Source: Sminthopsis crassicaudata (Eukaryota). Taken from it: DNA of 64,000 bases. Location: the NCBI RefSeq assembly GCF_048593235.1, contig NC_133618.1:497507675-497571674 (forward strand), written 5' to 3'. How positions within the stretch are numbered: the stretch's first letter is position 1; every line of letters begins with the position of its first letter. The notes beneath the pieces were generated by a model. That model had not been told where the DNA came from and did not search any database. It saw only the letters and a program-made list of their open reading frames with translations. The position numbers and the translations under genes were made by a program. This document shows, in pieces, positions 1 through 12,704 of the stretch.

Positions 1-263
1 TGGCTGGGGTCTTTCCTACAAAGGGTGAATGGTAACAGGGAGAGACTCACCAGGGAGAGAAGGAAGGAGGACCCCAGGACCAAGATTTCTCAGAGTAGTG
101 ATATGACAAGTGAGAGGAAGAAGGTAGCATCTGGAGAGAGTCCAAGAGAGAGACCAATGACCCTCTCTAAATATAGAGATGCTGAGGATATGAATAATTT
201 TCAGATGAAGAAATTAAAATCATATATAGTTATAGGGAAAATGCTCTAAATTACTATTGATTA

Positions 264-2824
264 AATATAGTACTAGAAACTCTAGCCTTGGCAATAAGAG
301 CCCAGAAAGAGATTCAAGGAATTAGAGTAGGAAATGAGGAAATCAAACTATCACTCTTTGCAGATGACATGATGGTATACTTAGAGAACCCCCAAAGACT
401 CTGCTAAAAAGCTATTAGAAATAATTCAGAATTTTAAGATCCAACTCACTTCCAGTTGATCAATGATGGACAGAAACAACTACACCCGGAGAAGGAACAC
501 TGGGAAGTGAATGTAAATTGTTAGCACTACTGTCTATCTACCCAGGTTACTTACACCTTTGGAATCTAATACTTAATGTGCAACAAGAAAATGGTATTTA
601 CACACATATATTGTATCTAGGTTATATTGTAACACATGTAAAATGTATGGGATTGCCTGTCATCGGGGGAGGGAGTGGAGGGGGGGGATAATTTGGAAAA
701 ATGAATACAAAGGATAATATTATTTTTTAAAAATTACTCATGCATATATACTGTGGAAAAAAATTCTAAATTAAAAAAAAGAAATAATTCAGAATTTTAG
801 CAAAGTGGCAGGATACAAAATAAATCCACATAAATCCTCGGCATTTTTATATATCACTAACAAAATGCAACAGCAAGAGATACAAAGAGAAATTCCATTC
901 CAAACAAATATTGAGAGTATAAAATATTTGGGAATCCATCTACCAAAGAAAAGTCAGGAATTATATGAGCAAAGTTACAAAACACTTGCCACAAAAATAA
1001 AGTCAGATTTAAATATTTGGAAAGACATTCAGTGCTCTTGGATAGGCCGAGTGAATGTAATAAAGATAACAATGCTCTCCAAACTAATCTATTTATTTAG
1101 TGCTATACCAATCAGACTCCCAAGAAACTATTTTAATGACCTAGAAAAAATAACAACAAAATTCATATGGAAGAATAAAAGGTCGAGAATTGCAAGGGAA
1201 CTAATGAAAAAAAAGTCAGATGAAGGTGGTCTAGGTGTACCTGATCTAAAGCTAAAGCAGCAGTCACCAGAACCATTTGGTATTGGCTAAGAAATAGACC
1301 AGTAGATCAGTGGAACAGATTAGGTACAAAGGACAAAAAAGGGTACATCTATAGCAATCTAGTGTTTGATAAACCCAAAAATACCAACATTAGGGATAAA
1401 AATTCATTATTTGAAAAAAACTGTTGGGAAAACTGGAAATTAGTGTGGCAGGAATTAGATATGGATCCACACTTAACACCATATACCAAGATAAGATCAA
1501 AATGGGTCCATGATTTAGGCATAAAGAATGAGATCATAAATAGATTAGAGGAACAGAGGATAGTCTACCTCTCAGACCTGTGGAGGAGGAAGGAATTTAT
1601 GACCAGAGGAGAACTAGAGATCATTATTGATCACAAAATAGAAGATTTTGATTACATCAAACTAAAAAGTTTCTGTACAAACAATACTAATGCAAACAAG
1701 ATTAGAAGGGAAGTAACAAATTGGGAAAATATTTTTACAGTTAAAGGTTCTGATAAAGGTCTCATTTCCAAAATATATAGAGAACTGACCCTAATTTATA
1801 AGAAATCAAACCATTCTCCAATTGATAAATGGTCAAAGGATATGAACAGACAATTTTCAGATGATGAAATTAAAACTATTTCCACTCATATGAAAGAGTG
1901 TTCCAAATCACTACTGATCAGAGAAATGCAAATTAAGACAACGCTGTGATACCACTACACACCTGTCAGATTGGCTAAGATGACAGGAACAAATAATGAT
2001 GAATGTTGGAGGGGATGTGGGAAAACTGGGACACTAATACATTGTTGGTGGAGTTGTGAAAGAATCTAGCCATTCTGGAGAGCAATTTGGAACTATGCCC
2101 CAAAAGTTATCAAACTGTGCATACCCTTTGATCCAGCAGTACTACTACTGGGTTTTTATCCCAAAGAAATACTAAAGAGGGGAAAGGGACCTGTATGTGC
2201 CAAAATGTTTGTGGCAGCTCTTTTTGTTGTAGCTAGAAACTGGAAGATGAATGGATGCCCATCAATTGGAGAATGGTTGGGTAAATTATGATATATGAAG
2301 GTTATGGAATATTATTGCTCTGTAAGAAATGACCAGCAGAATGAATTCAGAAAGGTTTGGAAAGACTTACATGAACTGATGCTGAGTGAAATGAATAGAA
2401 CCAAAAGATCGCTGTACACTTCAATGCTGTATGAAGATGTATTCTGATGGAAGTGGATATCTTCAACATAAAGAAGATCCAACTTATTTCCAGTTGATCA
2501 ATGATGGACAGAAACAACTACACCCAGAGAAGGAACACTGGGAAGTGAATATAAATTGTTAGCACTACTGTCTATCTACCCAGGTTACTTATACCTTCGG
2601 AATCTAATATTTAACGTGCAGCAAGAAAATTGGATTTTCACACATATATTGTATCTAGGTTATACTGTAACACATGTAAAATGTATGGGATTGCCTGTCA
2701 TCAAGGGGAGGGAGTAGAGGGAGGGGGGGGATAATTTGGAAAAATGAATACAAGGGATAATGTTATTTAAAAAATTGCTCATGCATATATACTGTCAAAA
2801 AATTTTATAATTATAAAATTTAAA
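264..2824 (+). mobile_element. 5'-truncated L1 from the RT domain to the 3' end, with a 16-bp TSD; inactivated
   Basis: RT catalytic motif [16 protein letters not shown] (FADD at 357-368). ORF2 fragments at 805-1290 and 1362-1949 are broken by frameshifts and a TGA. TSD aaattactattgatta at 248-263 and 2825-2840. Confidence 0.95.
437..779 (+). mobile_element. Short L1 3'-end copy inserted into the RT region of the middle L1
   Basis: Closely similar to the host's own 3'UTR (about 2474-2820) and ends in an A-tail. 20-bp TSD agaaataattcagaatttta at 417-436 and 780-799. Confidence 0.95.
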
Positions 2825-3416
2825 AAATTACTATTGATTAGATAAATGCAAATTAAGACAACTCTGAGATACCACCTCACACCTCTCAGATTGGCTGACA
2901 TGACAGGAAAAGATGATGATGAATGTTGGAGGGGATGTGGGAAAACTGGGATACTGATGCATTGTTGGTGGAATTGTGAACTGATGCAATCATTCTGGAG
3001 AGCAATTTGGAACTATGTACAAAGGGCTATTAAATTGTGCATAACCTTTGATGCAGCAATGTCACTACTGGGTGTGGATCCCAAAGAAATAATGAAAGAG
3101 GGAAAAGGACTCACATGTACAAAAATGTTTGTAGCAGTCCTTTTTGTGGTGGCAAAGAATTGGAAAACGAGTAGATGCCCATCAGTTGGGGAATGGCTGA
3201 ATAAATTATGGTATATGAAAGTCATGGAATATTATTGTTCTATAAAAAATGATGAACAGGCTGATTTTGGAAAGACCTGGAAAGACTTACACAAACTGAT
3301 GCTGAGCAAAGCAAGCAGAATCGGGAGAACATTGTATACAATAGCAAGAGTGTTCGATGATCCATCAAGACTTGGTTCTTCTCAAAGGTCAGGCATCCAA
3401 GGCAATCCTAATAAAC

Positions 3417-3419
<3 letters not shown>

Positions 3420-3454
<35 letters not shown>

Positions 3455-3602
3455 GGCTAAGGCAATTGGGATTAAGTGACTTGCTCAGGGTCACACAGCT
3501 AGGAAGTGTTAAGTGTCTGAGGTCAAATTTGAACTCGGGTCCTCCTGAATTCAGGGCTGTTGTTCTATCCACTGAGCCACCTAGCTGCCACTTAGATGTC
3601 CC
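3420..3602 (-). mobile_element. WSINE1-like CORE-SINE with TSD
   Basis: Minus strand reads gcagctaggtggctcagtggatag...gagttcaaat...gcaagtcacttaatcccaattgcc plus an A-tail. TSD cctaataaacttt at 3407-3419 and 3603-3615. Confidence 0.9.
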
Positions 3603-4450
3603 CCTAATAAACTTTGAATAGAAAATGCCATTTCCATTTAAAGAGAGAATTTTGGAGCCTGAAGGCAAATCATGCAGTGTTCACTTTCTTTATCTTTTTC
3701 TTGTTTTGTTTTGTTTTTTCTCTTGTAGCTTTTCCCTTTTGTTCTGATTTTTCTCTCCCAACCTGATTCATAAGGAAATATGTAAAAAAAAAAAAAAATG
3801 AATGTACACGTATAACCCAAAAAATGAAATAAACCATTTACATTCCTATTTGGAAAAAACAAACAAATATAGGGATGGGGTCCTTGGATAGCAGACTGTG
3901 TGTTTGTACCATAAATCACTCTGACTTACTAGGAGCTTTTTGAGCTTGTGCTCCACTGAAAGTATCTTCTCTAATGATCAGGAACTGATAGTGACCACCC
4001 TGGGTCCTTCTATAACTGCTGGAACCCAAGATCACTTCCAGATCTCTATGAAACATCAAAAGAGGATTTTATTGGAAGTGTCCGAGTCCATAGCTTATTT
4101 CTCCTCCTTTTTTTTTTTTTTTTTGATAATATTTACAGGGTTGATTGGTCCATTATTGAAAAATCTTGGAAATAAATGCCTGCAATGATCATAGAGGATA
4201 GAGGGCTGGTCTTAGGAATCAAAAAAATTTGGATCCACATCTTTTCTCTGATAGATATTGTCTATGTGATTCATTGCATTACTTCACTTGTGTCCCAAAC
4301 AACTCCCCGAGATAATAAATTTTGGTATTTTTAAATCTGATTTTAACAAACACTAAACAAAATGAACATGTTCATATTTATTGAGAACAGAAAGTGGGGA
4401 TTTTATAAGAAATTGGGAACCTCTATTTAAGGTTCTTATTTTAATATATA

Positions 4451-4453
<3 letters not shown>

Positions 4454-4530
<77 letters not shown>
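4454..4530. repeat. Compound (TA)n(TG)n microsatellite
   Basis: Directly visible dinucleotide runs. Confidence 0.97.
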
Positions 4531-4535
<5 letters not shown>

Positions 4536-4550
4536 CATATAATAAAACCA

Positions 4551-4775
4551 GGCAGCTAGATGGTCCAGCACATAGAGATAGAGGCCTGGAGTCAAGAAGA
4601 CCTGAATTTAAATCCGGTCTTCCACATTTACCAGATGTGCTCAATTTCCACATCTGTAAAATGAGAATAAAATAGTACCTTATCTCCCAGGGTTGCTGTG
4701 AGGTGCAAACGAGATAATTGTAAAGTGCTTAATGAATAGTAGGTGCTATAAAAATGTTAGCTATTATTATTGTTG
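4551..4775 (+). mobile_element. MIR/MAR1-type CORE-SINE
   Basis: tRNA-like head (ggcagctaga...ggagtcaagaagacctgaattt), core (ctcaatttccacatctgtaaaatgag) and MIR-like tail (aaatgttagctattattatt). Confidence 0.8.
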
Positions 4776-5784
4776 TTGTTATTAACTCATCATATAATCT
4801 AATGAAATTATAGACTGCAGAACAGTTCTTGACTTCCTGTTGTAGAGGGAGTTTTTCTGCCTAGAAGTTCCCCATAGTGATGAAATCACAGAACTGAACC
4901 CTCACAACCCCTAAAAGTTCACAGGTAGAGCCCACCCTGCAGCTGAGGCTAAGACGCTCAGGTCACTGAGCTGGGCAGAGTCAGAATTTGAATACAGGTC
5001 CTGAGACTCCAGAGAGCTTGGGAGTTATTTCCACTACATCAATGCTGACTTGTCCATCCTCTTGTGCCTAGTTAGGTTCTGGGACTGCACTGATTTTTTT
5101 TTTTTTTTTTTTGACTGTCCTCTGTAAGAAGCCTTCCTGTTCCTGTTTCTGTCTTTCTCCATTCAATAGCTTGGGGCAGATTTTGTAAAGTTATGGGGAC
5201 CAGCAAGGCCCAATAATCTCCCAATCAACTCCCCTAGCTTTGGCTGCTGCTGCTGCGTGAGGAGCTCCCAGCTCTCGATACCTGGGGAAGCTGCTTCCAT
5301 GGAAACCAGCGGCAGGTTTTACAAGTAGAAAGCAACTAACTGGGGAGGCTACCTGGTATCTAAGGCAGGCAAGGAAAAGCAAGAAGGAAAACACGATCTT
5401 CTTGAGGCAATCTACATAGTCCAGCTGGACTCGGAGCATTCAGGTGGGGGTTCCTATGGGGCAGAATAGCGTCTTGGGGAATGGGAGAAAAAGGGCGTGT
5501 GAAGAGGGGTCGGGGATTCTGAGGAACAAAGGATGAAAGATGGGGAAGGAGCGAAGACTCGCTGAACGGTAGGAAGTTGGCGGGCTCCGAGGCTCTGATT
5601 GGGGAAATAAGGGAGATTTTGGAGAGTTGGAGAAGCTTCCAGACCACAGAAGGACATTTCCCAGATACTGATACCGTCCATTTGTGCTTGTTAGCAAGTA
5701 TCTTCCCAGTGTTTTCCTCACCCAAGGGTAGGGAATACAATCCACTCCTGCAGTCTGTACCGAGCCTACTTGGACCCAGTAGAG

Positions 5785-5790
5785 GTAAGT
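5785..5790 (+). promoter_or_regulatory. Candidate splice donor of a non-coding 5' exon of RNF183
   Basis: Consensus AG|GTAAGT about 450 bp upstream of the CDS. A candidate acceptor ttcttccag|gag lies at 6171-6172. No transcript evidence. Confidence 0.35.
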
Positions 5791-6231
5791 AACGGACATA
5801 TAACCCCAAAGTAAGAGAAACTGGGAGTGAACAGAGAGCTCATGCCCCTGCGTCCTTATTCCGGGGAGCCGCTACGGACGAGCACAGAACCCCGCTTGTC
5901 CTCCTAGACCTTGGACAGCTATCACCTCTATGTGGGGGCAGAGGGCTGAAGCGGTTTACCCAAAGCAGCTCATTAAAGCAGAGTATCCAGGCGCTCGACT
6001 TGCAATTGCGCCTTTCCCACTCGGGAAAATGCAAAAAGGTCTGGCGACGACCTCCCCATTCCTAGTCCCAGAGGCAGGATTGGAAAATTTGGCCTTCTGG
6101 GGGCTGTGATTCTCCACTTTCAAGTTTTTTTCTGAGAGATAGAAAGAGTGCAAGTGGCGGATGTTCTTCCAGGAGTGCAGGCTCAGCCTTCTGCCTGGAT
6201 GGAGCAGCCCATTATGTGTCCGGTCTGAGAG

Positions 6232-6804
6232 ATGGCTGAAAAAGCGGGGAACGAGCCCGAGGCGGAGTGCCCGGTCTGCTGGAACTCATTCAATAACACT
6301 TTCCGAACCCCCAAGCTACTAGATTGCCGCCACTCCTTCTGTATAGAATGCCTGGCCCACCTGAGCTTGGTGTCCTCCTCGAGGCACCGGCTGCTGTGCC
6401 CCCTCTGCCGCCACCCTACAATCCTGGCTTCGGACCGCCCGGTGACTGAGCTGCCCACGGACGCTGCGGTCCTGACCCTGCTGCGCTTGGAGCCCAACCA
6501 CATCATCCTGGAGGGCCGGCATCTGAGCTTCAAGGATGAGCCCAAGAGCAGATACTTCCTGCGCCAGCCCAGGGTCTACACCCTCAACTTGGACGTTGAG
6601 CCGGAGAACCAGACCGGCCCAGCCCAGGAGGGGGCGGCGCCCCCTGCCCCAGTGCCCGTCCCTAGCCACTTGTCCCTGCGCGAGTGCTTCCGAAACCCTC
6701 AGTTCCGCATCTTTACCTACCTGATGGCCGTCATCCTCAGTGTGGCCATGCTGTTAATCTTCTCCATCTTCTGGACTAAACAGTTCCTCTGGGGTGCAGG
6801 ATGA
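6232..6804 (+). CDS. RNF183: RING finger protein 183, membrane-anchored E3 ubiquitin ligase (190 aa, single coding exon)
   Basis: C3HC4 RING (CPVC...CRHSFCIEC...CPLC), then LEPNHIILEG/KSRYFLRQP, then a C-terminal TM helix FRIFTYLMAVILSVAMLLIFSIFWTKQFLWG. Matches recalled human RNF183 and sits tail-to-tail with PRPF4 as in human. Confidence 0.97.
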   Translation: MAEKAGNEPEAECPVCWNSFNNTFRTPKLLDCRHSFCIECLAHLSLVSSSRHRLLCPLCRHPTILASDRPVTELPTDAAVLTLLRLEPNHIILEGRHLSFKDEPKSRYFLRQPRVYTLNLDVEPENQTGPAQEGAAPPAPVPVPSHLSLRECFRNPQFRIFTYLMAVILSVAMLLIFSIFWTKQFLWGAG

Positions 6805-7351
6805 GACTTGGGCCACGAAGCCAATCAATACAGGGCGTTCTGGGAAGGCCAGACTATCATAGACTGGGTACTCCTGGGGAGAACCCCCGACCCCTCTGCC
6901 CAACACACACACACACACATTCCAGATGGATGGGGAAGCTGCTGAGCCCAGAACTTCTGCCCTTCTGCAGCGTTCGGTTCAGCCACAATTCGGAAGGCCA
7001 TTATCTATTTACCGCGAAGGAGACCTGAGACATCGGGCTAATGAGATCAGGGTGCCAGTTTTCCAAGGATGCTGAAATGGGATTCCAATTCTTTGTTTCT
7101 GGGGGGCGGGGAGAGGGAAAGGATGGAGAAAAATGTATGTCCAAAAGTTACCTCAGAAGGCAAATCAATCCTGGTTTCCCTGACTATAATGGAGAAGCTC
7201 GTTAGTAGTAAAAGATGGAGGCACCCAGCAGCCTGTATGCTCTACAACTTGGCTTCAGACCCCAAAGTAAGTCACCTTCCCCTTAAGCCCCTCCCAGCTT
7301 CAGTCCTAGTTGCTCCAATTTGTGTTCTGATAGACTTCTAAAAATATATCA

Positions 7352-7620
7352 GGCAATAAACAGTTATTAAGCACTTACTATATACCAGGCACTTTGCTAA
7401 GTACTGGGAATACAAAAGAGTCGACAGTCCCTGCCCTCAAGGAGTTTCCAATATAATGTGGGAGACAACAAATATGTACAGAATAAATGAGAAATTATTA
7501 TTAGAAGGCACTAGAATTAAGAGGGTTGGGAAAGGCTTCTCATAAAAGATGGGATTTTAATTGGGACCAAAGCAAAACTGGGGAAGCCAATAGGTGTCGA
7601 GATGAGGATGCATGTAGGAG
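7352..7620 (-). mobile_element. L2 3' end fragment
   Basis: Typical L2 tail text: ttattaagcacttactatataccaggcactttgctaag...cagtccctgccctcaaggag. Confidence 0.75.
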
Positions 7621-7756
7621 GAATTATCTAATTTTCTTCCTCTTCTCATTCATTGCCCTAAACAGACCTTGTTTGTAGGCAATAGAATTAATTAGCTTAT
7701 TGCTTGAAACCACCTCCCCAATTGTTTAATATAGGAGAAAATTTGCTATCAAATGA

Positions 7757-7877
7757 ATGGAGCACCAGCCCTGAAGTCAGTCAGACCTGAGCTCAAATCC
7801 GACCTCAGACACTTAACATCTTCTAGCTGTGTGACCCTGGGCAAGTCACTTAACCCCAATTGCCTCAGGGGAAAAAA
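7757..7877 (+). mobile_element. 5'-truncated WSINE1-like SINE
   Basis: agcaccagccctgaagtcag...gtgaccctgggcaagtcacttaaccccaattgcctcag followed by an A-run. Confidence 0.85.
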
Positions 7878-10800
7878 TGTGTTATATGATGCATGTTGCC
7901 TTATAAACCCCAAATAGGAGTCTAAAGAATAAAGAATTTTAGAATAAAGATTCTAAAGAATTTTATAAATGAGAGGTCGTCAGGGCTCCTGGAACAAGTC
8001 ATTTAATTTTTCCTTCTTGGCAAGATGTCAGGGGATTTGAGAACTAAATGTTCTTAAGGAAGAACAAGGTCCTTTGAGTAAGAGATCCTCTAAAGTTTAG
8101 AGGTTAAGTAGTTTTCACATAAGCTCCTGGTCTCATATGGAAATTCTGACCTTCCTAAATTAGGACTCCAGTTCTGAACCAGTGAAAGTATGTTAATTGT
8201 GACAATTCCAGGCTGTCATTACCAGTCAGAACCTAATTCACTAGCTCCTTGGTCCACTTGGACTGCCCAGGATCTTGAGAACACTGGGCCTAAGCTTGCT
8301 TGACCCAATCTGAATAGCGAACCATCAGGATATTTGAGCTTTTCTAATAGTACTGTTTGTTCAGCCTAGCACTTCATAGAAAGGCTCTTGCCTTTAGTTC
8401 CCTTCACTCTCTGGTGCTGACATCCCAAAATATCGATCTTGCTCCTCTCCTGTATATTGATAGATATGTGCCCTCAGCCTCAGCCTACCTTCACATTTCT
8501 AGATTATATAAAGAAGAAAACTAGACTTGAAGAGCTTAAATGGACTGATGGGGAAGCCCCAGAGGTAAAGTGACTTGCCTGAGTTCACACAGGTAAAGAA
8601 GTCAGCATTCAAGCCCAAGGCTTGACTCCAAGCCATCCTTCTCTCTACTTCAACACATTGCCTTAACTCACCTCTGTGACCTCAACAGTAAACCAGGCAC
8701 ACTGGACTTATAGACCAAATTTCAGGTTTCCTCTTGGTTGAGTAGAGAAAAAAAAGTTTTTCCCTTCACGTAATTGGGCAAATCCTTGTTTATCTCCTCA
8801 AGGTAGCCTATGTCACTCCAAGCCTGTGCCACTGGAGAACATTGCACCAATCTATAGTCAACAAGCTCCCAGTTGGCTTCTTTTCTTTACCTGTCTTCAC
8901 CCTTAGTCTGCAGCAGAGGCACACTCGGTAGTGAGCTCACCATGCTCTAGCAGCTCAGGGGTATGGCTTAAAGTAACAAGAGGCCTAGAGACAGGCAAAA
9001 TACACCCCAGGGAATCCCTGAAAGGAAACCTTTCCTCTGCATCATGCCTCTCACTAGTTACATCAACTGGAGCTCTTTTTCAGTCAAAATAGAACCTAAA
9101 CCCTTGGGACAATTCCCACAACATAGGAAAAGCATGGGCTTCATTTGTTTGAAGGAAGTAAATACAATCTTGAATTTGTATGGCTCTTTAGGTCTTCATC
9201 TTTGAGGACATTAATCTTCCTATCATTTCTCATCTGATCTTCGCAACATCCCTTAGAGGCAGAAAGGCAGGCTTTCTTTGATCAGTTTAGCAAAAGCATA
9301 AGCATGGTCAAAAAAGTTATGTGATCTGGCTCATTGCACAGCTAGTTAATGGCAGAGCTTCAAGTTTCCTGTGCCTTTTCTACTACAACACAAAATGATG
9401 ATGACCACAAGCCTCATAATGCTGTCTCCCTCCCAAAAAAGTCATTGTCTATCATGAACAAAGTAGGATTGTCTTACCCATTTACTACCTAAAGAACAAA
9501 CTTTTCATTTGAAGAGCCCGAAGTAGCTGGCATATGTAAACTATTTACAAATAGCAAAGCTGAGAGCCCATTGAGGATCCTAATGCTCACTGGGGATTGG
9601 AAGCAGAAAAATAAAACACTTTTGGAACATCTTGAAATAGACAAAATTGCTTTATGGTTGATAGGAAAAGTATTAAGTATTTGCTGTGTGCCAGGTACTA
9701 TGTTACAGGGATAAAGGAATTTGGTTAAAAATGAACATTTTACTCAGAAATTACATTCTCAGGCTGCAGGTCACAAAGAAACATTCTTTCTGGAGTGAAA
9801 TTAGTGGGGGGGGGAAGGGTTTTGAGTTCAGAAGGGGAAGGAAATATCAGGTATAATTCTTCCAATACTTCTACAGACAGAATTTTGTTCCCCAAATTCC
9901 TGGTAGTTTTAAGATAATTTTGTATTAGTGATTAGGTTGGGGCACAAAAGAGTAAAAAGCAACTGAAGGTTAATGACCTTGACAAGAAAATTAAAGAAGA
10001 GATGCCCTACTGACAATGCACCCAGAACTCTCCACCTGTTTCTTTCATTATGCCTTATCTGTAACAGACAAAAATCTTAAAAAGCATCTCAGGAAAGGTT
10101 GTTTGTTATAATCAATAAAAAGAGCAGCTTTTCAGGTCACTGGTGAAAAAAGGATTATTATCAAGTGATATTTTGTAATAGCACTTGGAATGAGATATAA
10201 AGAAAAGGTTAAGTGACAGTTCCCTTCTGAGTATTTGAGTACTACATTCAAGAAATTAGTTAAATTCTTTTGGTGACCAACATATAGCACAGCACACAAA
10301 ATACAGAAGGCTCATCAGTTATCTTTTTATTACTATTCACTCCTGACATAAGAGTGAGGGGAACATAAAAGGAATGCCCAGTATTGGAGCCAAATGAAAA
10401 GAAGCACAGAAAAGAGAATTCCCAAACTTTTAGTTGTAACTTGCTTCAGCACTCCATATTAATTCAATAGAAATTGGCCTCAAAGATTCCTGGGAAGTTG
10501 TTCATATCCTGGTTCATTCTTTAATTCTCAGGGGAAGGATAGTTTCTCTGATGATACTATGGAAGTGTGAAGCAGTGCACACTCACAAACACATCTACAC
10601 TTGTCAGCTTCCAAGCGAAGTCCAGCCACTTGCTCTTAGGATCATGACTAACTACAGCACATGACCACGACCTAGTGGGTCAGGCTTCAGGGGCCATGAT
10701 GGAGTTTCTATTAAGGGAAGAAAGGCACCATAATCCAGGGGATGTTGAGAAAGGGAAAGGGCACACAAACAGATGATGACCATAAGGGAAAAAATTCACT

Positions 10801-11059
10801 ATAGCAGAAGTAAAAAAAAAAAAAAAAAAAAAATTTATATAATGCCAACATGGTCCATTGCAGGGCTCCTAAAAGTGGGAGTGAAATAGCCCAGGATCAT
10901 TTGGCCTGCCTGCTGTGAGGCAAAACTGTCTTCCTACACACACAGTGAGTGGCAAAGTGGATCACTCTACACTGATCCCCTTCTTCTGACCAAATTGGCA
11001 AAAAAGAAAGCACTTGGAACCAGACATCTGAGTCACAGACTCATGTCTATGGATGCAGT

Positions 11060-11317
<258 letters not shown>

Positions 11318-11742
11318 TCAAATTAAAGCTGGATAATTTGTCTAGAATAAATTTTTTTGATTTACATATAATAAACATGCTCAAGGAGTGAGCTATGTAT
11401 CAGTTCAGAAATCTCAGGACCCATGTGAGAAATAGATTAACTCCGAGGTATAACTATGGATTTTTGTTGTTAGTTAAGAAAAGATATTTAATATTCAAAT
11501 GAGAGCCTTTGTTCTAACCTAGTAACCAAAAGCAATCTGTCACAATTCTACTTAAAATAAGGGAAAGAAAGGTTATAAATTGAGGGAGGGAAACTGTGAT
11601 TTGCTTCCTCTGCATATTTTACCCCCTTTTTTAGGGTAAGCTGACTGAAGCCTGGCCAGCAGAATAACTTCCAAAGGTAAGGAAAAAGCTATATGTCTTT
11701 GTTCTGTTTTCTGGACAGCAGGATCCAAAAAGAAAGGCTTAC

Positions 11743-11861
11743 GTTCAAATTTGACTCCAGTCACCAAGTTCTGGTGAGCAGGGATGGTATAGACGCAACG
11801 TCGCTGCCTCAGGTCCCACACTTTGCATGTGTTGTCGCCACTGCCAGTTGCAATATGGTAG
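11743..11861 (-). CDS. PRPF4: PRPF4 exon 13 ([16 protein letters not shown]...GVKFE)
   Basis: ccccag acceptor and gtaagc donor; 119 nt. Confidence 0.97.
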
Positions 11862-11953
11862 CTGGGGTACAGAAAGAGAGAACCCAAGTTAGAGCCCAAA
11901 ACTTCATCATTTCTGGTTATGTGAATTTTGACTAATACCCCATTTCACCCTCA

Positions 11954-12115
<162 letters not shown>

Positions 12116-12518
12116 TCATTTATGTCAGCTTCCACCTTAACATCCTAACAATAAAAAGAAAAATTAAATGATGCTGATCATTTTTTTCCAGGAAAAATAG
12201 GTCCAAATAAGAACAGGCTTAAATTTTAACAAAAGCAAAAAGGATTAAAAGGTATGGGAGGCAAATGGATTAATAATTGGTGTGAAGAACAGGATAGGAG
12301 GCAAAAAAATTTAGAACCAAAAACCAAAGTAAAATTGAATTTAAAAAAAGAGGAATGGACTGATGGAGTCAAATTCCTCTCAGGACAATTAAGAAAAGGG
12401 TAGGCAACTGCTAAATATTAAAATGTAATTCTATATGAAACAAAGGGAATATAGAATATCATCTTTTTAGTTACCACTAGCAGCTTAGAAGGGTCATGTT
12501 TAAGGCTTAGGAATCTTA

Positions 12519-12704
<186 letters not shown>

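Larger units (their letters stand above)
186..3800 (+). mobile_element. Older L1 3' fragment (ORF2 C-terminus plus 3'UTR), split by a younger L1 (264-2824) and a SINE (3420-3602)
   Basis: Sequence before 248 and after 2840 joins into continuous L1 ORF2 text. ORF 2846-3460 reads MQIKTTLRYHLTP...RGCGKTGILMHCWWNC, the L1 C-terminal Cys-rich motif. A 3'UTR-like stretch and A-run follow near 3785. Confidence 0.85.

Noticed and set aside
25-249. 74-aa ORF at the window start
   Set aside because: Low-complexity purine-rich sequence running into L1; no recognisable domain or splice context.
805-3460. Long ORFs of 161, 195 and 204 aa
   Set aside because: Broken L1 ORF2 fragments, not host genes and not an active element (5'-truncated, frameshifted).
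4870-4900. C-box GTGATGA followed by D-box CTGA
   Set aside because: The boxes are only about 10 nt apart with no terminal stem, too short for a C/D snoRNA.
5191-6153. Several overlapping 60-150 aa ORFs upstream of RNF183
   Set aside because: Low-complexity Pro/Ser/Leu-rich translations on both strands, typical of GC-rich non-coding DNA.
6183-6724. Antisense and alternative-frame ORFs over RNF183
   Set aside because: Expected shadows of a GC-rich coding exon.
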